NCBI GenBank assembly: GCA_902561095.1
Contig: CACEOF010000006.1
Span: forward strand, 3,988 to 67,987
Source: an uncultured Pelagibacteraceae bacterium
GTDB lineage: Bacteria; Pseudomonadota; Alphaproteobacteria; Pelagibacterales; Pelagibacteraceae
Length of the DNA stretch: 64,000 bases
Reading direction: 5' to 3'
Below are positions 10,258 through 22,801 of this stretch, one piece after another (position 1 is the first letter of the stretch; every line of letters begins with the position of its first letter). The notes below the pieces were generated by a model. That model was not told the origin of the DNA. It saw only the letters and a list, made by a program, of their open reading frames with translations, and searched no databases. The translations under genes and the position numbers were made by a program.

Positions 10258-11020
10258 TTATAAAGAAAAATTTGAAAAGATGAGGATTGCAGGAAATCTT
10301 GCTGCAAGAACTCTGGATATGTTAACAGAAAATATTAAGGAAGGTGTAAGCACTGATTATATTGATAAATTAGGATACGAATTCATAAGAGATAATGGCG
10401 GCTACTCTGCTCCACTTTATTATAGAGGCTTTACAAAATCACTATGTACATCTTTAAATCATGTTGTCTGTCACGGAATTCCCTCGGATAGAATTTTAAA
10501 TGATGGTGACGCTGTTAATGTAGATGTTACTGCAATTGTTGATAAACATTATGGTGATACCAGTAGAATGTTTTGTATTGGTAAAACTCCAATTAAATTA
10601 AATAACTTAATTGATACAACTTACGAGTCGATGATGAAAGCAATTAAAATTTTAAAACCTGGAATAAGATTAGGTGATATTGGGTATACAATTCAATCAT
10701 ATGTTGAAGAAAAAGGTTTTTCAGTAGTGAGAGATTTTTGTGGCCATGGAATTAGCACGTCTTTTCATGAAGCTCCTAATATTTTACATTATGGAAGTAA
10801 AAATACAGGTATGGAACTTAAACCAGGAATGACATTTACTATTGAACCTATGATCAACTCAGGAAAATATGATGTAAAAATGTTAAGTGATGGCTGGACG
10901 GCAGTTACAAAAGATAAATCTTTATCTGCTCAATTTGAACATACATTAGGAATTACTGAAAATGGTTATGAAATCTTTACAGAATCTGCTAAAGGTTATT
11001 TAAAGCCCCCGTACTTATAA
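10250..11020 (+). CDS. map: Methionine aminopeptidase type I
   Basis: VCHGIP, HYGDTSRMF, GHG, FTIEPMIN, SAQFEHT. Confidence 0.96.
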   Translation: MSDYKEKFEKMRIAGNLAARTLDMLTENIKEGVSTDYIDKLGYEFIRDNGGYSAPLYYRGFTKSLCTSLNHVVCHGIPSDRILNDGDAVNVDVTAIVDKHYGDTSRMFCIGKTPIKLNNLIDTTYESMMKAIKILKPGIRLGDIGYTIQSYVEEKGFSVVRDFCGHGISTSFHEAPNILHYGSKNTGMELKPGMTFTIEPMINSGKYDVKMLSDGWTAVTKDKSLSAQFEHTLGITENGYEIFTESAKGYLKPPYL

Positions 11021-11023
11021 TTA

Positions 11024-12316
11024 ATGATTAAAAGATACTCGCGTAAACAATTAACCGACATTTGGTCAGAAGAAAATAAATATAAAATTTGGTTGAATAT
11101 TGAAATTGCTGCAGCAGAAGCAATGGAAAAACTTGGACAAATTCCAAGAGGAGTTGCTTCAAATGTAAAAAAAAAAACTAAAATTAATGTATCAAGAATT
11201 CATAAAATAGAGGCTGAAGTTAAACACGACGTGATAGCCTTTTTAACCTCAGTTACTGAAAAAGCAGGAATTAAGGCTAGATATCTTCACCAAGGAATGA
11301 CTTCCTCTGACATTGTGGATACTAGCTTCAATATTCAGTTAATCCAATCAGGAAAAATCATTTTAAATGATATAAATCAAATTTTAAAAGTTCTTAAAAG
11401 ACAGGCTAAAAAATATAAATTTACTCCATGCATGGGACGAAGTCATGGTATTCATGCAGAGCCAATTACTTTTGGTTTAAAATTGGCTTCATTTTATGAG
11501 GAATTCAAAAGAAATAGAAAAAGATTAATTAATGCGATTGATGAGGTATCTACCTGTGCAATTTCAGGAGCTGTTGGAACATTTGCCAACATTAATCCTA
11601 GAGTTGAAAAACACGTTGCAAAGAAATTAGGTTTAAAAGTTGAACCAATTTCAACACAAATTATTCCTAGAGATAGACACGCGTTCTATTTTTCAGTTTT
11701 AGGAATTATAGCAGGTTCAATTGAGAGGGTTGCTATTGAAATTAGACACCTGCAAAGAACAGAGGTTTACGAATTGCAGGAATATTTTTCAAAAAAACAA
11801 AAAGGTTCATCAGCAATGCCCCACAAAAAAAATCCTATTTTAAGTGAAAACTTAACTGGGCTAGCAAGAATGGTAAGAAGTACAGTTGTGCCTGCATTAG
11901 AAAATATTGCACTATGGCATGAAAGAGACATTTCACATTCAAGTGTTGAGAGAAACATTGGTCCAGATGCTAATATCACAATAGATTTTGCTTTAGTAAG
12001 ACTTACAAATATTTTGGATAATATGATTGTTTATCCAAAAAAGATGCTTGAAAATTTAAATTTAACCAAAGGTTTAATTTTTTCACAAGAGGTGATGCTG
12101 GAATTAACAAAATCTGGATTAACCAGAGAAAAATCTTATAAAGTGGTTCAGAGCTATGCAAAAAAATGTTTTGCGGAAAATGATAATTTATATGATGTTC
12201 TTTTAGAGGACAAAATGGTCATAAATAAAATTTCTCAAAAAAGACTAAAGTCTATCTTTAACTACTCTAAACATTTTAAAAATATAAACTTTATCTTTAG
12301 AAGAGTTTTTAAATAA
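11024..12316 (+). CDS. purB: Adenylosuccinate lyase
   Basis: [11 protein letters not shown] signature, HDVIAF. Confidence 0.96.
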   Translation: MIKRYSRKQLTDIWSEENKYKIWLNIEIAAAEAMEKLGQIPRGVASNVKKKTKINVSRIHKIEAEVKHDVIAFLTSVTEKAGIKARYLHQGMTSSDIVDTSFNIQLIQSGKIILNDINQILKVLKRQAKKYKFTPCMGRSHGIHAEPITFGLKLASFYEEFKRNRKRLINAIDEVSTCAISGAVGTFANINPRVEKHVAKKLGLKVEPISTQIIPRDRHAFYFSVLGIIAGSIERVAIEIRHLQRTEVYELQEYFSKKQKGSSAMPHKKNPILSENLTGLARMVRSTVVPALENIALWHERDISHSSVERNIGPDANITIDFALVRLTNILDNMIVYPKKMLENLNLTKGLIFSQEVMLELTKSGLTREKSYKVVQSYAKKCFAENDNLYDVLLEDKMVINKISQKRLKSIFNYSKHFKNINFIFRRVFK

Positions 12317-13101
12317 TGAAAAAAGGAAAAAAAATATACGAAGGCAAAGCTAAAATTATTTATTCTACAAACGACAAAGATTTAGTAATTCAATATTTCA
12401 AAGATGATGCAACAGCTTTTAATAATCAAAAAAAATCAACTATAGAGGGTAAAGGCGTATTAAATAATAGAATTTCTGAACATATACTTTCAAGTCTTTC
12501 ACAAATAGGTATCAAAAATCATTTAGTAAAAAGACTAAACATGCGAGAACAAATTGTAAAACTCGTTGAGATAATACCTATTGAATTTGTTGTTAGAAAT
12601 GTTGCAACAGGATCTTTAACTAAACGTCTTGGAATTGAAGATGGTACTATTCTGAAGGAACCTTTGATTGAATACTGCTTAAAAGATGACAAACTTGGAG
12701 ATCCATTAATTGCTGAAGAACATATTTTTGCGTTTGATTGGGCATCAAAAAAAGAATTAGAGAAAGTAAAAAAAATGATTTTAAGAATAAATGATTTTAT
12801 GATCGGTATGTTTCGAGGGGTTGGAATTAAACTGATAGACTTCAAGTTAGAATTTGGAAGATTGGATGCTAATGGTAAGAAAGATGTAATTTTAGCTGAT
12901 GAAATAAGCCCTGATACTTGCAGATTATGGGATAGTTTAACTGACAAAAAATTAGATAAGGACAGATTTAGAAAAAATTTAGGAGACTTGATCCCAGCCT
13001 ACACTGAAGTTGCCAAAAGACTAGGTATTCTTCATGAACAATCTAACTTAAGTGCAGTAAATGTAACAAAACTATCTTCAGTAAAGAGAAAACGTAAATG
13101 A
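12316..13101 (+). CDS. purC: SAICAR synthetase
   Basis: [26 protein letters not shown]. Confidence 0.96.
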   Translation: MKKGKKIYEGKAKIIYSTNDKDLVIQYFKDDATAFNNQKKSTIEGKGVLNNRISEHILSSLSQIGIKNHLVKRLNMREQIVKLVEIIPIEFVVRNVATGSLTKRLGIEDGTILKEPLIEYCLKDDKLGDPLIAEEHIFAFDWASKKELEKVKKMILRINDFMIGMFRGVGIKLIDFKLEFGRLDANGKKDVILADEISPDTCRLWDSLTDKKLDKDRFRKNLGDLIPAYTEVAKRLGILHEQSNLSAVNVTKLSSVKRKRK

Positions 13102-13340
13102 AAATATCAGTAATTATAACACTTAAAAAAGACGTTTTAGATCCACAAGGTAAAGTTATTCATCAAGCCCTCGACGGAATGGGCTTTAAAGATGTAAATG
13201 AAGTAAGGCAAGGTAAATATTTTGAAATTAATACTAAAGAAACTAATCCAAAAAAAGCAAAAGATAAAGTTGAAGAAATGTGCAAAAAACTTTTAGCTAA
13301 TCTTGTAATAGAGAATTACAAGATTATTGATGCACAATAA
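13098..13340 (+). CDS. purS: FGAM synthase subunit PurS
   Basis: [21 protein letters not shown]. Confidence 0.95.
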   Translation: MKISVIITLKKDVLDPQGKVIHQALDGMGFKDVNEVRQGKYFEINTKETNPKKAKDKVEEMCKKLLANLVIENYKIIDAQ

Positions 13341-13343
13341 TTA

Positions 13344-14027
13344 ATGAAATCAGCAGTTATCACATTTCCTGGTTCTAATTGTGATAGAGATATGGATGTT
13401 GCTTTAAAAAAATTTGGTTTTAAAAATAAAATGGTTTGGCATCAAGATATTGAGTTACCAAAAAGTGACTTGGTGGTTTTACCTGGCGGATTTTCTTATG
13501 GTGATTATCTTAGATGTGGAAGCATGGCCTCTAAATCTAAGATTATGCAATCAGTAATTAATTTTGCAAATTCTGGTGGAATGGTGATGGGTATTTGTAA
13601 TGGTTTTCAAATTTTAGTTGAAACAGGATTAGTGCCTGGGGTTTTGTTAAGAAACAAATATTTAGAATTTATTTGTAAAAATGTTTTTGTTAAAATTAGT
13701 GATAAAGATAATGCTTACTTTAAAAATATTAAAAATAATGTTTTAGAGCTTCACATCGCTCATAATGAAGGAAACTATTTTTGTACAAATGATCAATTAA
13801 AAGAAATTGAAGACAATGCTCAGATTGCAATCAATTATTGTAATAACCAGGGTAAAATTGAAAAATCATTCAATCCCAATGGATCAATAAAAAATATTGC
13901 TGGAATTTTTAATAAAGAAAAAAATGTTCTAGGAATGATGCCACATCCTGAAAGAATGATCGACCCTTCTCTATCAGGTGAAGATGGATCTCTTTTTTTT
14001 AAAAACCTAATTAATAATATAAAATGA
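13344..14027 (+). CDS. purQ: FGAM synthase glutaminase subunit
   Basis: [23 protein letters not shown]. Confidence 0.96.
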   Translation: MKSAVITFPGSNCDRDMDVALKKFGFKNKMVWHQDIELPKSDLVVLPGGFSYGDYLRCGSMASKSKIMQSVINFANSGGMVMGICNGFQILVETGLVPGVLLRNKYLEFICKNVFVKISDKDNAYFKNIKNNVLELHIAHNEGNYFCTNDQLKEIEDNAQIAINYCNNQGKIEKSFNPNGSIKNIAGIFNKEKNVLGMMPHPERMIDPSLSGEDGSLFFKNLINNIK

Positions 14028-16216
14028 CTGTAAATGAAAAAATAGCTATTGATCATGGATTAAAAAAAGATGAGTATAAAAAGATCTGTGAACTCTTAAA
14101 AAGAAACCCTAACATAACAGAATTAGGAATTTTCTCAGCAATGTGGAATGAGCACTGCTCCTACAAATCCTCAAGACTGCACTTAAAAAAATTACCTACT
14201 AAAGGTAAACAAGTTATTCAAGGACCTGGTGAAAATGCTGGAATAATCGATATTGGTGACAATGATGCAATTGTCTTTAAAATTGAAAGTCATAACCACC
14301 CTTCGTTTATAGAACCTTATCAAGGTGCTGCTACCGGAGTTGGTGGAATAATGAGAGATGTATTCACAATGGGTGCTAGACCAATAGCCAATTTAAATTC
14401 AATACACTTTGGTTCATCACAGCATAAAAAAACTAAAAATCTATTAAGAGGTGTAGTGCATGGAATAGGAGGTTATGGAAACTGTATGGGAGTGCCTACG
14501 ATTGCAGGGCAAACAAGTTTTGATAGCTCTTATAATGGAAATATCTTAGTGAACGCAATGACGCTAGGATTAGTTAAAAAAGATAAGATTTTTTACTCAA
14601 AAGCTGCAGGTTTAAATAAACCTGTAATATATGTAGGATCTAAGACAGGTCGTGATGGTATTCATGGAGCGAGTATGGCCTCTGCTAGCTTTGATGACAA
14701 AATTGAAGAAAAAAAACCAACCGTACAAGTCGGTGATCCTTTTACAGAAAAACTTTTACTTGAAGCATGTTTAGAGTTAATGGCAGGAGATTCGATCATT
14801 GCAATTCAAGATATGGGGGCAGCAGGTTTAACTTCTTCAAGTATTGAAATGGCTTCAAAGGGAAATCTTGGAATAGAAATTAATTTAAATAAAGTGCCAT
14901 GTAGGGAAACAAAAATGACCCCTTATGAAATCATGCTTTCTGAAAGTCAGGAAAGAATGCTGATTATTCTAGAAAGTGGAAAAGAAGTGCAGGCTAAAAA
15001 AATATTTGATAAGTGGAATTTAGATTTTGCTGTAATTGGAAAAACAACCAAATCGAAGAAAATTGAACTTTTTTTTGATAATGAAAAAGTTGCTGACATT
15101 CCAGTTAATACTCTTGTTGAAAATTCACCAATGTATGATCGTAAATGGAAAAAGGCAAAACTTCCAAAGAAAAACAAAATTAACAAAGATGAAATAAATA
15201 ATTTGAAAATAATTGAGGTCCTAAAAAAAATTTTAGCTAATCCAAATATCTGTAGTAAAGAATGGATTTGGCAGCAGTATGACCACACTGTGATGGGAGA
15301 CACCATTCAAAAACCTGGAGGGGACTCTGGCGTGGTGAGAGTTCATGGCACTAATAAAGCAGTTGCAGCATCTGTAGACTCTTCGGCAGTTTATTGTTGG
15401 GCTCACCCTCTTACAGGTGGAAAACAAGTAGTGTGTGAAAGTTTTAGAAATTTAATATCTGTTGGAGCAAAGCCAATTGCTATTACAAATTGCTTAAATT
15501 TTGGTAGCCCTGAAAATGAAGAAAATATGGGAGAGTTCGTAGAATGTGTTCAGGGCATTGGAGAAGCAAGCTCTTATTTAAAATTTCCTGTCGTGTCAGG
15601 AAATGTTTCTTTCTATAATCAAACCAAGGATCAGGGAATAAAACCCACTCCATCTATAGGCGGTGTTGGACTAATAAATGATTATACTAAAATGATTACT
15701 ATGGATTTTAAAGAAGTTGATAATGTTGTTTTAGTTATTGGTAAAACAGAAGGTCATATTGATCAAAGTCTATTTGCAAGAGTTATATTAGATGAAAAAA
15801 ATGGGCCTCCACCAGAAATAAATCTATTTAATGAAAAAAATAACGGAGAAACTCTTTTAAAATTAATCGATAGTAATTTAATTAAAAGCGCCCATGATAT
15901 TTCTTTAGGAGGAATAATTACTGCTATTTCAAAAATGTGTATTAAGGGTAATAAAGGTATTAATCTAAAAAAACCGAAATATTTAATCAGTGAGATAGAA
16001 TATTTTTTTGCTGAAGATCAAGGGAGATACATTGTTGAAATCTGTAAAAAAGATCAAAAAAAAGTGCTTGATATATTAAATAAAAATGCAGTTTATTATG
16101 ATGAGCTTGGAACAATCAATGAAAATGTGCTATTTTTAAATGAAAAGACAAAAGTTACAATTGACGAATTAAAAGAGTTTAATACAAAGTGGCTAAAAGA
16201 ATATATGAGTAACTGA
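14024..16216 (+). CDS. purL: FGAM synthase subunit PurL
   Basis: [32 protein letters not shown]. Confidence 0.96.
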   Translation: MTVNEKIAIDHGLKKDEYKKICELLKRNPNITELGIFSAMWNEHCSYKSSRLHLKKLPTKGKQVIQGPGENAGIIDIGDNDAIVFKIESHNHPSFIEPYQGAATGVGGIMRDVFTMGARPIANLNSIHFGSSQHKKTKNLLRGVVHGIGGYGNCMGVPTIAGQTSFDSSYNGNILVNAMTLGLVKKDKIFYSKAAGLNKPVIYVGSKTGRDGIHGASMASASFDDKIEEKKPTVQVGDPFTEKLLLEACLELMAGDSIIAIQDMGAAGLTSSSIEMASKGNLGIEINLNKVPCRETKMTPYEIMLSESQERMLIILESGKEVQAKKIFDKWNLDFAVIGKTTKSKKIELFFDNEKVADIPVNTLVENSPMYDRKWKKAKLPKKNKINKDEINNLKIIEVLKKILANPNICSKEWIWQQYDHTVMGDTIQKPGGDSGVVRVHGTNKAVAASVDSSAVYCWAHPLTGGKQVVCESFRNLISVGAKPIAITNCLNFGSPENEENMGEFVECVQGIGEASSYLKFPVVSGNVSFYNQTKDQGIKPTPSIGGVGLINDYTKMITMDFKEVDNVVLVIGKTEGHIDQSLFARVILDEKNGPPPEINLFNEKNNGETLLKLIDSNLIKSAHDISLGGIITAISKMCIKGNKGINLKKPKYLISEIEYFFAEDQGRYIVEICKKDQKKVLDILNKNAVYYDELGTINENVLFLNEKTKVTIDELKEFNTKWLKEYMSN

Positions 16217-16446
16217 TGGCAATGAATTTAAATGAAATTGAGAGTTTAATTAAGGAGGCAATGCCTGATGCCGTTGTTGAAATACAAGACTTAGCTGGTG
16301 ATGGAAATCATTATTCTGCAACCATAACTTCATCACAATTTTCAGGTAAAAGCAAAATTGAACAACATAAAATGGTATACAACTCTTTAAAAGGTAGAAT
16401 GGGTAACGAATTACATGCATTAGCAATCAAAACAAAGGAAAATTAA
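16216..16446 (+). CDS. bolA: BolA family protein
   Basis: [20 protein letters not shown]; adjacent to grxD. Confidence 0.9.
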   Translation: MAMNLNEIESLIKEAMPDAVVEIQDLAGDGNHYSATITSSQFSGKSKIEQHKMVYNSLKGRMGNELHALAIKTKEN

Positions 16447-16447
16447 A

Positions 16448-16786
16448 ATGGACCAAGAAACAAATGATTTAATTAAAAATGAAATTGAGAATAACGAGGT
16501 TTGCCTATTTATGAAAGGAACACCTGATGCACCACAATGCGGATTCTCAATGGCTACCTCTAACATTTTAAAAGTAATGGAAGTAAATTTTAAGGGTGTA
16601 AATGTTTTAGCAGATCAAAAACTTAGGGAAGGTATAAAAGTTTATAGTGATTGGCCAACTATCCCACAATTATATGTCAAAAATGAATTTGTTGGTGGAT
16701 GTGACATTATAAAAGAAATGTTTGAAAGTGGTGAGCTTGCGAAATTGCTTGAAAGTAAAAATATTAATTTTAAGTCTAAAAACTAG
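16448..16786 (+). CDS. grxD: Monothiol glutaredoxin Grx4
   Basis: [19 protein letters not shown]. Confidence 0.95.
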   Translation: MDQETNDLIKNEIENNEVCLFMKGTPDAPQCGFSMATSNILKVMEVNFKGVNVLADQKLREGIKVYSDWPTIPQLYVKNEFVGGCDIIKEMFESGELAKLLESKNINFKSKN

Positions 16787-17404
16787 TTATCTAGAATAAT
16801 ATTCAATAACCAAATTAGGTTCCATTACTATTGGATAAGGAACTTCTTCAAACTTCGGAGTTCTTACAAATTTAAGTTTTTTATTTTTTTCATCCATTTG
16901 AATATACTCTGGAGTTTCTCTCTCTTTGTTTGCTAAAGCAATATCAACAATTGCTAATTGTTTAGATTTATCTCTTATCTCAATTGAATCTTCTTCTTTT
17001 ACTAAATAACTTCCAATATTTACTTTTTTACCATTAACCTTAACATGTCCGTGGTTAATTAGTTGTCTAGCAGAAAATATTGTAGTTGCAAATTTTGCTC
17101 TGTAAATTACTGCATCTAATCTTCTTTCGAGCAAGCCTATTAAATTTTCACCTGTATCGCCTTTAAGCATTACAGCTTTTTTATAAATATTTCTAAACTG
17201 TCTTTCATTAATATTACCATAGTAAGCTTTTAATTTCTGCTTCGCTTGAAGCTGAATTCCATAATCTGAAGGTTTAGATGATCTAGTTTGGCCATGCTGT
17301 CCTGGCCCGTAGGCTCTAGTATTAAATGGACTTTTTGGTCTTCCCCAAAGATTAACCTTCAATCTTCTATCTACTTTATGTTTAGAGTTTAATCTTTTAG
17401 TCAT
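16787..17404 (-). CDS. rpsD: 30S ribosomal protein S4
   Basis: [27 protein letters not shown]. Confidence 0.97.
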   Translation of the reverse strand: MTKRLNSKHKVDRRLKVNLWGRPKSPFNTRAYGPGQHGQTRSSKPSDYGIQLQAKQKLKAYYGNINERQFRNIYKKAVMLKGDTGENLIGLLERRLDAVIYRAKFATTIFSARQLINHGHVKVNGKKVNIGSYLVKEEDSIEIRDKSKQLAIVDIALANKERETPEYIQMDEKNKKLKFVRTPKFEEVPYPIVMEPNLVIEYYSR

Positions 17405-17444
17405 TTAATAGAGGGGGTTATAAACCTACTCATTGTTTTGTCAA

Positions 17445-18158
17445 TCAACGTTTTTTTCCTAAACTAGCAAATACACTTGATAAAATACGTGTTTCCTTTG
17501 AAGATAATTCCATCCTATAAAAAATATTTCTAAAGTTCTCAAGCATTATAGGTTTTTTTTCTTTGGGTTTGAAGAACCCTATATCCTCTAAATTTTTAAT
17601 ACACAAGTTGATCATTGATAATATATCTTTTTTTGAGGCTGACTTTACTTTTTTTGATTTTTTAAAACCAGACAATTTTGAATTAATGATGCTATGAACA
17701 ACTTGGGCAATTATAATTAAACTATGAGATAAGTTCAGAGACTTAAAATCTGGATTAGTTGGGATCTGAAGAGTATAATTTGCATAACTTATCTCATTAT
17801 TTGAAAGCCCTGAAGCCTCAGATCCAAATAAGAAAGCTACTTTTTTTTTATAATCAATCTTCTTTAAATCTTCTAATTGAATATGTTTGATATTTTTATT
17901 TCTAAACCTGGCTGAAGTAGCAATTACTACATCAATATTTTTTAAAGCAGACTCTAAATTATCAAAATTTTTACTCTTGCTTATAATATTTTTTGCTCCA
18001 ACTGATGTAGCTAAAATTTTATCATTTGGGTAAATTGGTTTAGGATCTATAACAATCATTTTTTGAAAATTAAAATTTTTAATTGCTCTTGCACATGCGC
18101 CAATATTTTCTGAGAGCTGAGGTTTATGTAAAATAAATGAAATATTATTGTTTGACAT
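17445..18158 (-). CDS. trmJ: SPOUT tRNA methyltransferase, TrmJ/LasT family
   Basis: ENIGACARA, FGSEASGLSN, SLNLSH. Confidence 0.85.
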   Translation of the reverse strand: MSNNNISFILHKPQLSENIGACARAIKNFNFQKMIVIDPKPIYPNDKILATSVGAKNIISKSKNFDNLESALKNIDVVIATSARFRNKNIKHIQLEDLKKIDYKKKVAFLFGSEASGLSNNEISYANYTLQIPTNPDFKSLNLSHSLIIIAQVVHSIINSKLSGFKKSKKVKSASKKDILSMINLCIKNLEDIGFFKPKEKKPIMLENFRNIFYRMELSSKETRILSSVFASLGKKR

Positions 18159-18160
18159 AA

Positions 18161-19024
18161 TTAATCTATGCCGTGACTTCTGTTATAATTTGAAATTTCA
18201 GATGTATCTAAATCTATTAAAGATTTTTCATCCGTTTGCCATATACTCACTTTTAATGGATAGCATTTTGCTACATCAGAAGAGTGTTCAGATCCACAAT
18301 CTCCACCAGGACAAGCAGATAGAACTCCTAGTAAATCTGTCTCTGCAAAAAATTCTAAATAATCACCTGGTCGTACAGGACTTGCCTTCATAAAATATTG
18401 TTTAGTATCATTGGTAAATCCAGTTAGCATAAAAACGTTTAAAACGTCGTGAACCATTTTTTCGGCTTCATCAATTTTAAGTTTTTTTTCTTTAACCAGA
18501 GCTCTAGTTAAATTTGAATGACAGCAGTAATGGTAGTCATTGCCCGATAGAAGCTTTGAGGTATAAGGATCACACCTAGTCCCAATTACATCATGTACTG
18601 ATCCACCATCCTCATCATAATCATACCAATCTAGCGTATCCCATGTAATAGTTGCTAAAGATCTAAGATAAGGAAAACTACTAAACATTTTATCTCCTAC
18701 GGAAAGATGTGTTCCATAAAGTGCTCGTGTTTTTCCAGAATAGAATTTTTCATTTAAATTAGTCAAATTAAAAAGATTTAAGTCACCAACTTGAGGCCCA
18801 TCAACACTTTCAATTCTAAAGAAATCACCTTTTTTAACTTGAAACGTTTTAGCATCCCTTGGAGGAATTAAAATTTCATTTTTCTTGATCAAATTTTTTC
18901 GCGCTGAATGTAAAATATTTAAGTTTTTCTCTTCAATATTTTTAATAGGATAGCAAACAACTGGTTTTGCTCCAATTCTTTTATTAATATCTGACGGTTT
19001 ATTTGAAAACTTTTTAATCTTCAT
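18161..19024 (-). CDS. DUF1989 (urea-carboxylase-associated family) protein
   Basis: GPQVGDLN, HDVIGTRCDP, CCHSNL, VHDVLNVFM, LSACPGGD. Confidence 0.8.
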   Translation of the reverse strand: MKIKKFSNKPSDINKRIGAKPVVCYPIKNIEEKNLNILHSARKNLIKKNEILIPPRDAKTFQVKKGDFFRIESVDGPQVGDLNLFNLTNLNEKFYSGKTRALYGTHLSVGDKMFSSFPYLRSLATITWDTLDWYDYDEDGGSVHDVIGTRCDPYTSKLLSGNDYHYCCHSNLTRALVKEKKLKIDEAEKMVHDVLNVFMLTGFTNDTKQYFMKASPVRPGDYLEFFAETDLLGVLSACPGGDCGSEHSSDVAKCYPLKVSIWQTDEKSLIDLDTSEISNYNRSHGID

Positions 19025-19026
19025 AC

Positions 19027-20628
19027 CTAAAGACTAGCTGGAGCTTTATCTTTAAATAATTTGTAATCTAAACTATCGATGAGTGCCTTAAAGGATGCAT
19101 CTATGATATTTGGTGAAACACCTATTGTAAACCAATTTAATCCTTTGGAGTCAGTGCTTTCAATACTAACTCTAGTTACCGCTTCCGTTCCAGTATTTAA
19201 AATTCTTACCTTATAATCGACTAATCTTAAATCTTTTAAATATTCAGAATACTTATCGAGTTTATTAACATTTTTTCTAATTGCATTATCTAAAGCATTA
19301 ACTGGTCCATTTCCTTCTCCTTCACATAATATTTTTTGGCCATCAACTTCTAATTTTGCTTTTGCATAAGAGATAATTTCACCCGATTTGTCTTTTTGAA
19401 CAGAAACATCATATTCATTAATTGAAATATATCTTGGTATGTCACCCATTAATCTTCGTGCCAGTAATTCAAAAGAAGCGTCTGCTCCATCGTAACTATA
19501 TCCTATAAATTCTCTATCTTTTACCTCTTCAAGAAGTTTTTTTATTTTAGGATCATTTTTCTCAACCTTTATACCTATTGAATTTAATCTAGACATAATA
19601 TTTGATTGCCCTGATTGGTCTGAAACAATAATATTTCTCGAGTTACCTACTTCCTCAGGATTTATGTGTTCATAAGTTTTTGGATCTTTTTGAACAGCGG
19701 AAACATGCATTCCTCCTTTATGTGAAAAAGCAGATGCACCAACATATGGTAAGTGTTTATTTGGTTTTCGATTGAGTAATTCATCTAATAACCTTGAGCA
19801 TTGTGTTAAATTTTTCAAATTTTCTCGTTTAATGTTAATTTTATAATTTTCGTAAAAATCTTTTTTTAAAAAAAAGGTTGGGATCAGAGATGTTAAGTTT
19901 GCATTACCACATCTTTCCCCTAGTCCATTTATAGTTCCTTGAACTTGTCTTACACCAGCTTGGACTGCGGTTAAACTATTTGCTACGGCATTTTCTGTAT
20001 CATTATGAGCATGAATTCCTAAATTTTTTCCTGGTATATGTTTTGCAACTTCCAAAACAATTTTTTCAATCTCATGAGGAAGTGTACCTCCATTTGTGTC
20101 ACACAAAACAATCCACCTTGCTCCGTTGTCATAAGCAGATTTTAAGCAAGCAAGTGCGTATTCAGAGTTCGCTTTATATCCATCAAAAAAATGTTCAGCA
20201 TCAAACATAAATTCTTTACCTGATTTAACAATGTGTTTTGCACTTTCAGTAATATTATTTAAGTTTTCCTCGTTTGAAATACCAAGTGCTATGTCAACTT
20301 GAAAATCCCATGATTTTCCAAACAAACAAACTGATTTACTTTTTGAGTTAATTAAAGAGGATAACATTGGATCATTTTCAGCGCTATGTTCTGATTTCTT
20401 GGTCATTCCAAAAGCAGTTAAGTTAGCTGATTTAAAATTGTGATCTTTGTTAAAAAATTCTGTGTCAGTTGGGTTTGCTCCAGGCCAACCCCCTTCGATA
20501 TAATCAACACCGAGCGCATCTAGAGAAGATGATATTTTCTCTTTATCATCAATTGAAAAATCTACACCTTGCGTTTGTGCTCCATCACGTAGAGTGGTGT
20601 CAAATATATATAATTGCTCTTTGCTCAT
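19027..20628 (-). CDS. cimA: Citramalate synthase
   Basis: DTTLRDG, IEGGWPGANP, DAEHFFDG, HKGGMH; LeuA-type regulatory domain. Confidence 0.9.
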   Translation of the reverse strand: MSKEQLYIFDTTLRDGAQTQGVDFSIDDKEKISSSLDALGVDYIEGGWPGANPTDTEFFNKDHNFKSANLTAFGMTKKSEHSAENDPMLSSLINSKSKSVCLFGKSWDFQVDIALGISNEENLNNITESAKHIVKSGKEFMFDAEHFFDGYKANSEYALACLKSAYDNGARWIVLCDTNGGTLPHEIEKIVLEVAKHIPGKNLGIHAHNDTENAVANSLTAVQAGVRQVQGTINGLGERCGNANLTSLIPTFFLKKDFYENYKINIKRENLKNLTQCSRLLDELLNRKPNKHLPYVGASAFSHKGGMHVSAVQKDPKTYEHINPEEVGNSRNIIVSDQSGQSNIMSRLNSIGIKVEKNDPKIKKLLEEVKDREFIGYSYDGADASFELLARRLMGDIPRYISINEYDVSVQKDKSGEIISYAKAKLEVDGQKILCEGEGNGPVNALDNAIRKNVNKLDKYSEYLKDLRLVDYKVRILNTGTEAVTRVSIESTDSKGLNWFTIGVSPNIIDASFKALIDSLDYKLFKDKAPASL

Positions 20629-21980
20629 TTAATTTTCCACGTGGTTTTACCATCTTTATCCTCTATTAAAACACCTTTGTCTAAAAGCTCATCTCTTATT
20701 TTATCCGCTTCTTTGTAGTTATTATCTTCTCTAGCTTTATTTCTTTGTTTAATTTTATTTAAAATTTCAGCTTCATTTATTGAAAGTTTATTTTTCTTAA
20801 ATTCTAACCATTCGATTTCTGTTTCATTCAATAAACCTATAAAATTACATGCAGATGTAAATAATGCTTTGTCAGTGGAATTACCTCTTTGTGCTTTCTC
20901 ATACAATTTATGAAGCTTGGCAATATAGCCTGGTGTATTTAAATCGTCATAAAGTGGTTTTAGAATATCATCATTAACTTCTTCTTTATGATTATCAGAT
21001 GAGTAAACATTATACCATTTACTAATTGTATTTTGACAATCATTTAAAAGTTTATCATTCCAATCCAATGGTTGTTTATAATGTGCACTCATTAAAGCCA
21101 ATCTTATCACTTGACCGCTTATCTTATTCCTAAAATCCTTTATTTTTAAAATATTTCCTTGGGATTTAGCCATTTTTTCATTGGACATTGTTATGAATGC
21201 ATTATGCAACCAGTAATTAGCAAAAACTTTTGTATCATTCGCACATCTTGATTGTGCAATTTCGTTTTCATGGTGTGGAAACAGTAAGTCTATACCTCCA
21301 CCATGAATATCAAACTCATTTCCAAGAAGTTTTTTTGACATAGCTGAACATTCTAAATGCCAACCAGGTCTTCCTTTGCCCCAAGGTGACTCCCAAGAAG
21401 GCTCATCATTTTTAGAAGGTTTCCACAGAACAAAATCTTGTGAATTTTTTTTATTATCACTTACCTCAACTCTTGAACCAGAAATTAATTCATTAAGATT
21501 TTTATTTGAAAGTTTTCCGTAATCTTTAAATTTATTTACCTCAAAATACACATGCTGATTTTCCTCATAAGCAAATCCTTTTTTTGTTAAATCAGAAATC
21601 ATTTCAATCATTACATCTATATGCTCTGTCGCCTTAGGTTGATGTGTGGGGATATCGCAATTTAAGTAATTACAATCTTCATCAAAACTCTTAATGACAG
21701 CATTGGTCAATTCAGAAATTGAAATATTTTTTTCCTTTGATGAATTTATAATTTTATCATCAACATCAGTTATATTTCTAACATAAGTAACTTTAGTATA
21801 TTTTTTTTTAAAAATTTTATAAAGGATATCAAAAACAACAATTGGTCTTGCATTGCCAATATGAGGATCGTCGTATACTGTCGGACCACAAACATACATT
21901 CTAATATTTTTTTCATCTATAGGAACAAATTTTTCTTTTTTGTTGCTTAGATTATTAGTTAAAAAAATATCATTACTCAT
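20625..21980 (-). CDS. cysS: Cysteine-tRNA ligase
   Basis: CGPTVYD, HIGN, GRPGWHLEC, KMAKS. Confidence 0.97.
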   Translation of the reverse strand: MSNDIFLTNNLSNKKEKFVPIDEKNIRMYVCGPTVYDDPHIGNARPIVVFDILYKIFKKKYTKVTYVRNITDVDDKIINSSKEKNISISELTNAVIKSFDEDCNYLNCDIPTHQPKATEHIDVMIEMISDLTKKGFAYEENQHVYFEVNKFKDYGKLSNKNLNELISGSRVEVSDNKKNSQDFVLWKPSKNDEPSWESPWGKGRPGWHLECSAMSKKLLGNEFDIHGGGIDLLFPHHENEIAQSRCANDTKVFANYWLHNAFITMSNEKMAKSQGNILKIKDFRNKISGQVIRLALMSAHYKQPLDWNDKLLNDCQNTISKWYNVYSSDNHKEEVNDDILKPLYDDLNTPGYIAKLHKLYEKAQRGNSTDKALFTSACNFIGLLNETEIEWLEFKKNKLSINEAEILNKIKQRNKAREDNNYKEADKIRDELLDKGVLIEDKDGKTTWKIK

Positions 21981-22025
21981 GATTTTAGGAATATACTTAA
22001 AAAATAGATTTGTGAATCTATTTGA

Positions 22026-22763
22026 TTAATTTGGAATTATGCATACTGGAATAGGCTCCATTTTATGCATATTTTGTTTTCTGATATTTTCGTATTTAGC
22101 TCGATTCGGAGAATTAGGATTAGACATTGCCTCCTCTAATTCTTCATATTTTAATCCTAGTTGACCCTCGTCAGTTCTACCATCATCCCATAATCCATCA
22201 GTTGGCGCAGCTTCAATTATTTCTTTTAGAATTCCAAGTTCTTTTCCTATTTCCCAAATCTGAGTTTTATTACAATCAGCTATTGGTGATATATCAACTC
22301 CACCATCTCCATATTTAGTGTAAAACCCAACTCCAAAATCTTCAACTTTGTTTCCTGTCCCTACAACAATGCCTTTGTTAGCTGCAGCTACCTGGTAGAG
22401 AGTCGTCATTCTTAATCTTGCTCTTGAATTTGCCATCCCATGTTCATTATCAAATTTAGATAAACTGGCACTAAAAGCTAAAAATAATTCATCTAAGTTA
22501 ACTGTGTGTCCTTCAACATTTTTAAAATTTTTAACTAACCATTCTTGGTGTTTTAAACTTAAATCATGCTGATGTGATTTTTGCTTAATCGGCATCGACA
22601 AAACAATTGTTTTTAAACCTGTCATAGCACTTAAAGTGCTCGATACTGAGGAGTCTATTCCCCCTGAGATACCTACTACTAAAGACTCCGCCTTGGAGGG
22701 CATATTATTTGCGTAATCTTTAATCCAATTAGAAATAAATTTAACTTTTTCTGAAGTTTTCAT
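22026..22763 (-). CDS. nadE: NH3-dependent NAD+ synthetase (no glutaminase domain)
   Basis: SGGIDSS, ARLRM, FYTKYGDGG. Confidence 0.93.
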   Translation of the reverse strand: MKTSEKVKFISNWIKDYANNMPSKAESLVVGISGGIDSSVSSTLSAMTGLKTIVLSMPIKQKSHQHDLSLKHQEWLVKNFKNVEGHTVNLDELFLAFSASLSKFDNEHGMANSRARLRMTTLYQVAAANKGIVVGTGNKVEDFGVGFYTKYGDGGVDISPIADCNKTQIWEIGKELGILKEIIEAAPTDGLWDDGRTDEGQLGLKYEELEEAMSNPNSPNRAKYENIRKQNMHKMEPIPVCIIPN

Positions 22764-22801
22764 AATATTTTAATATTAATTATAAATGATTTTGCAATGT
22801 T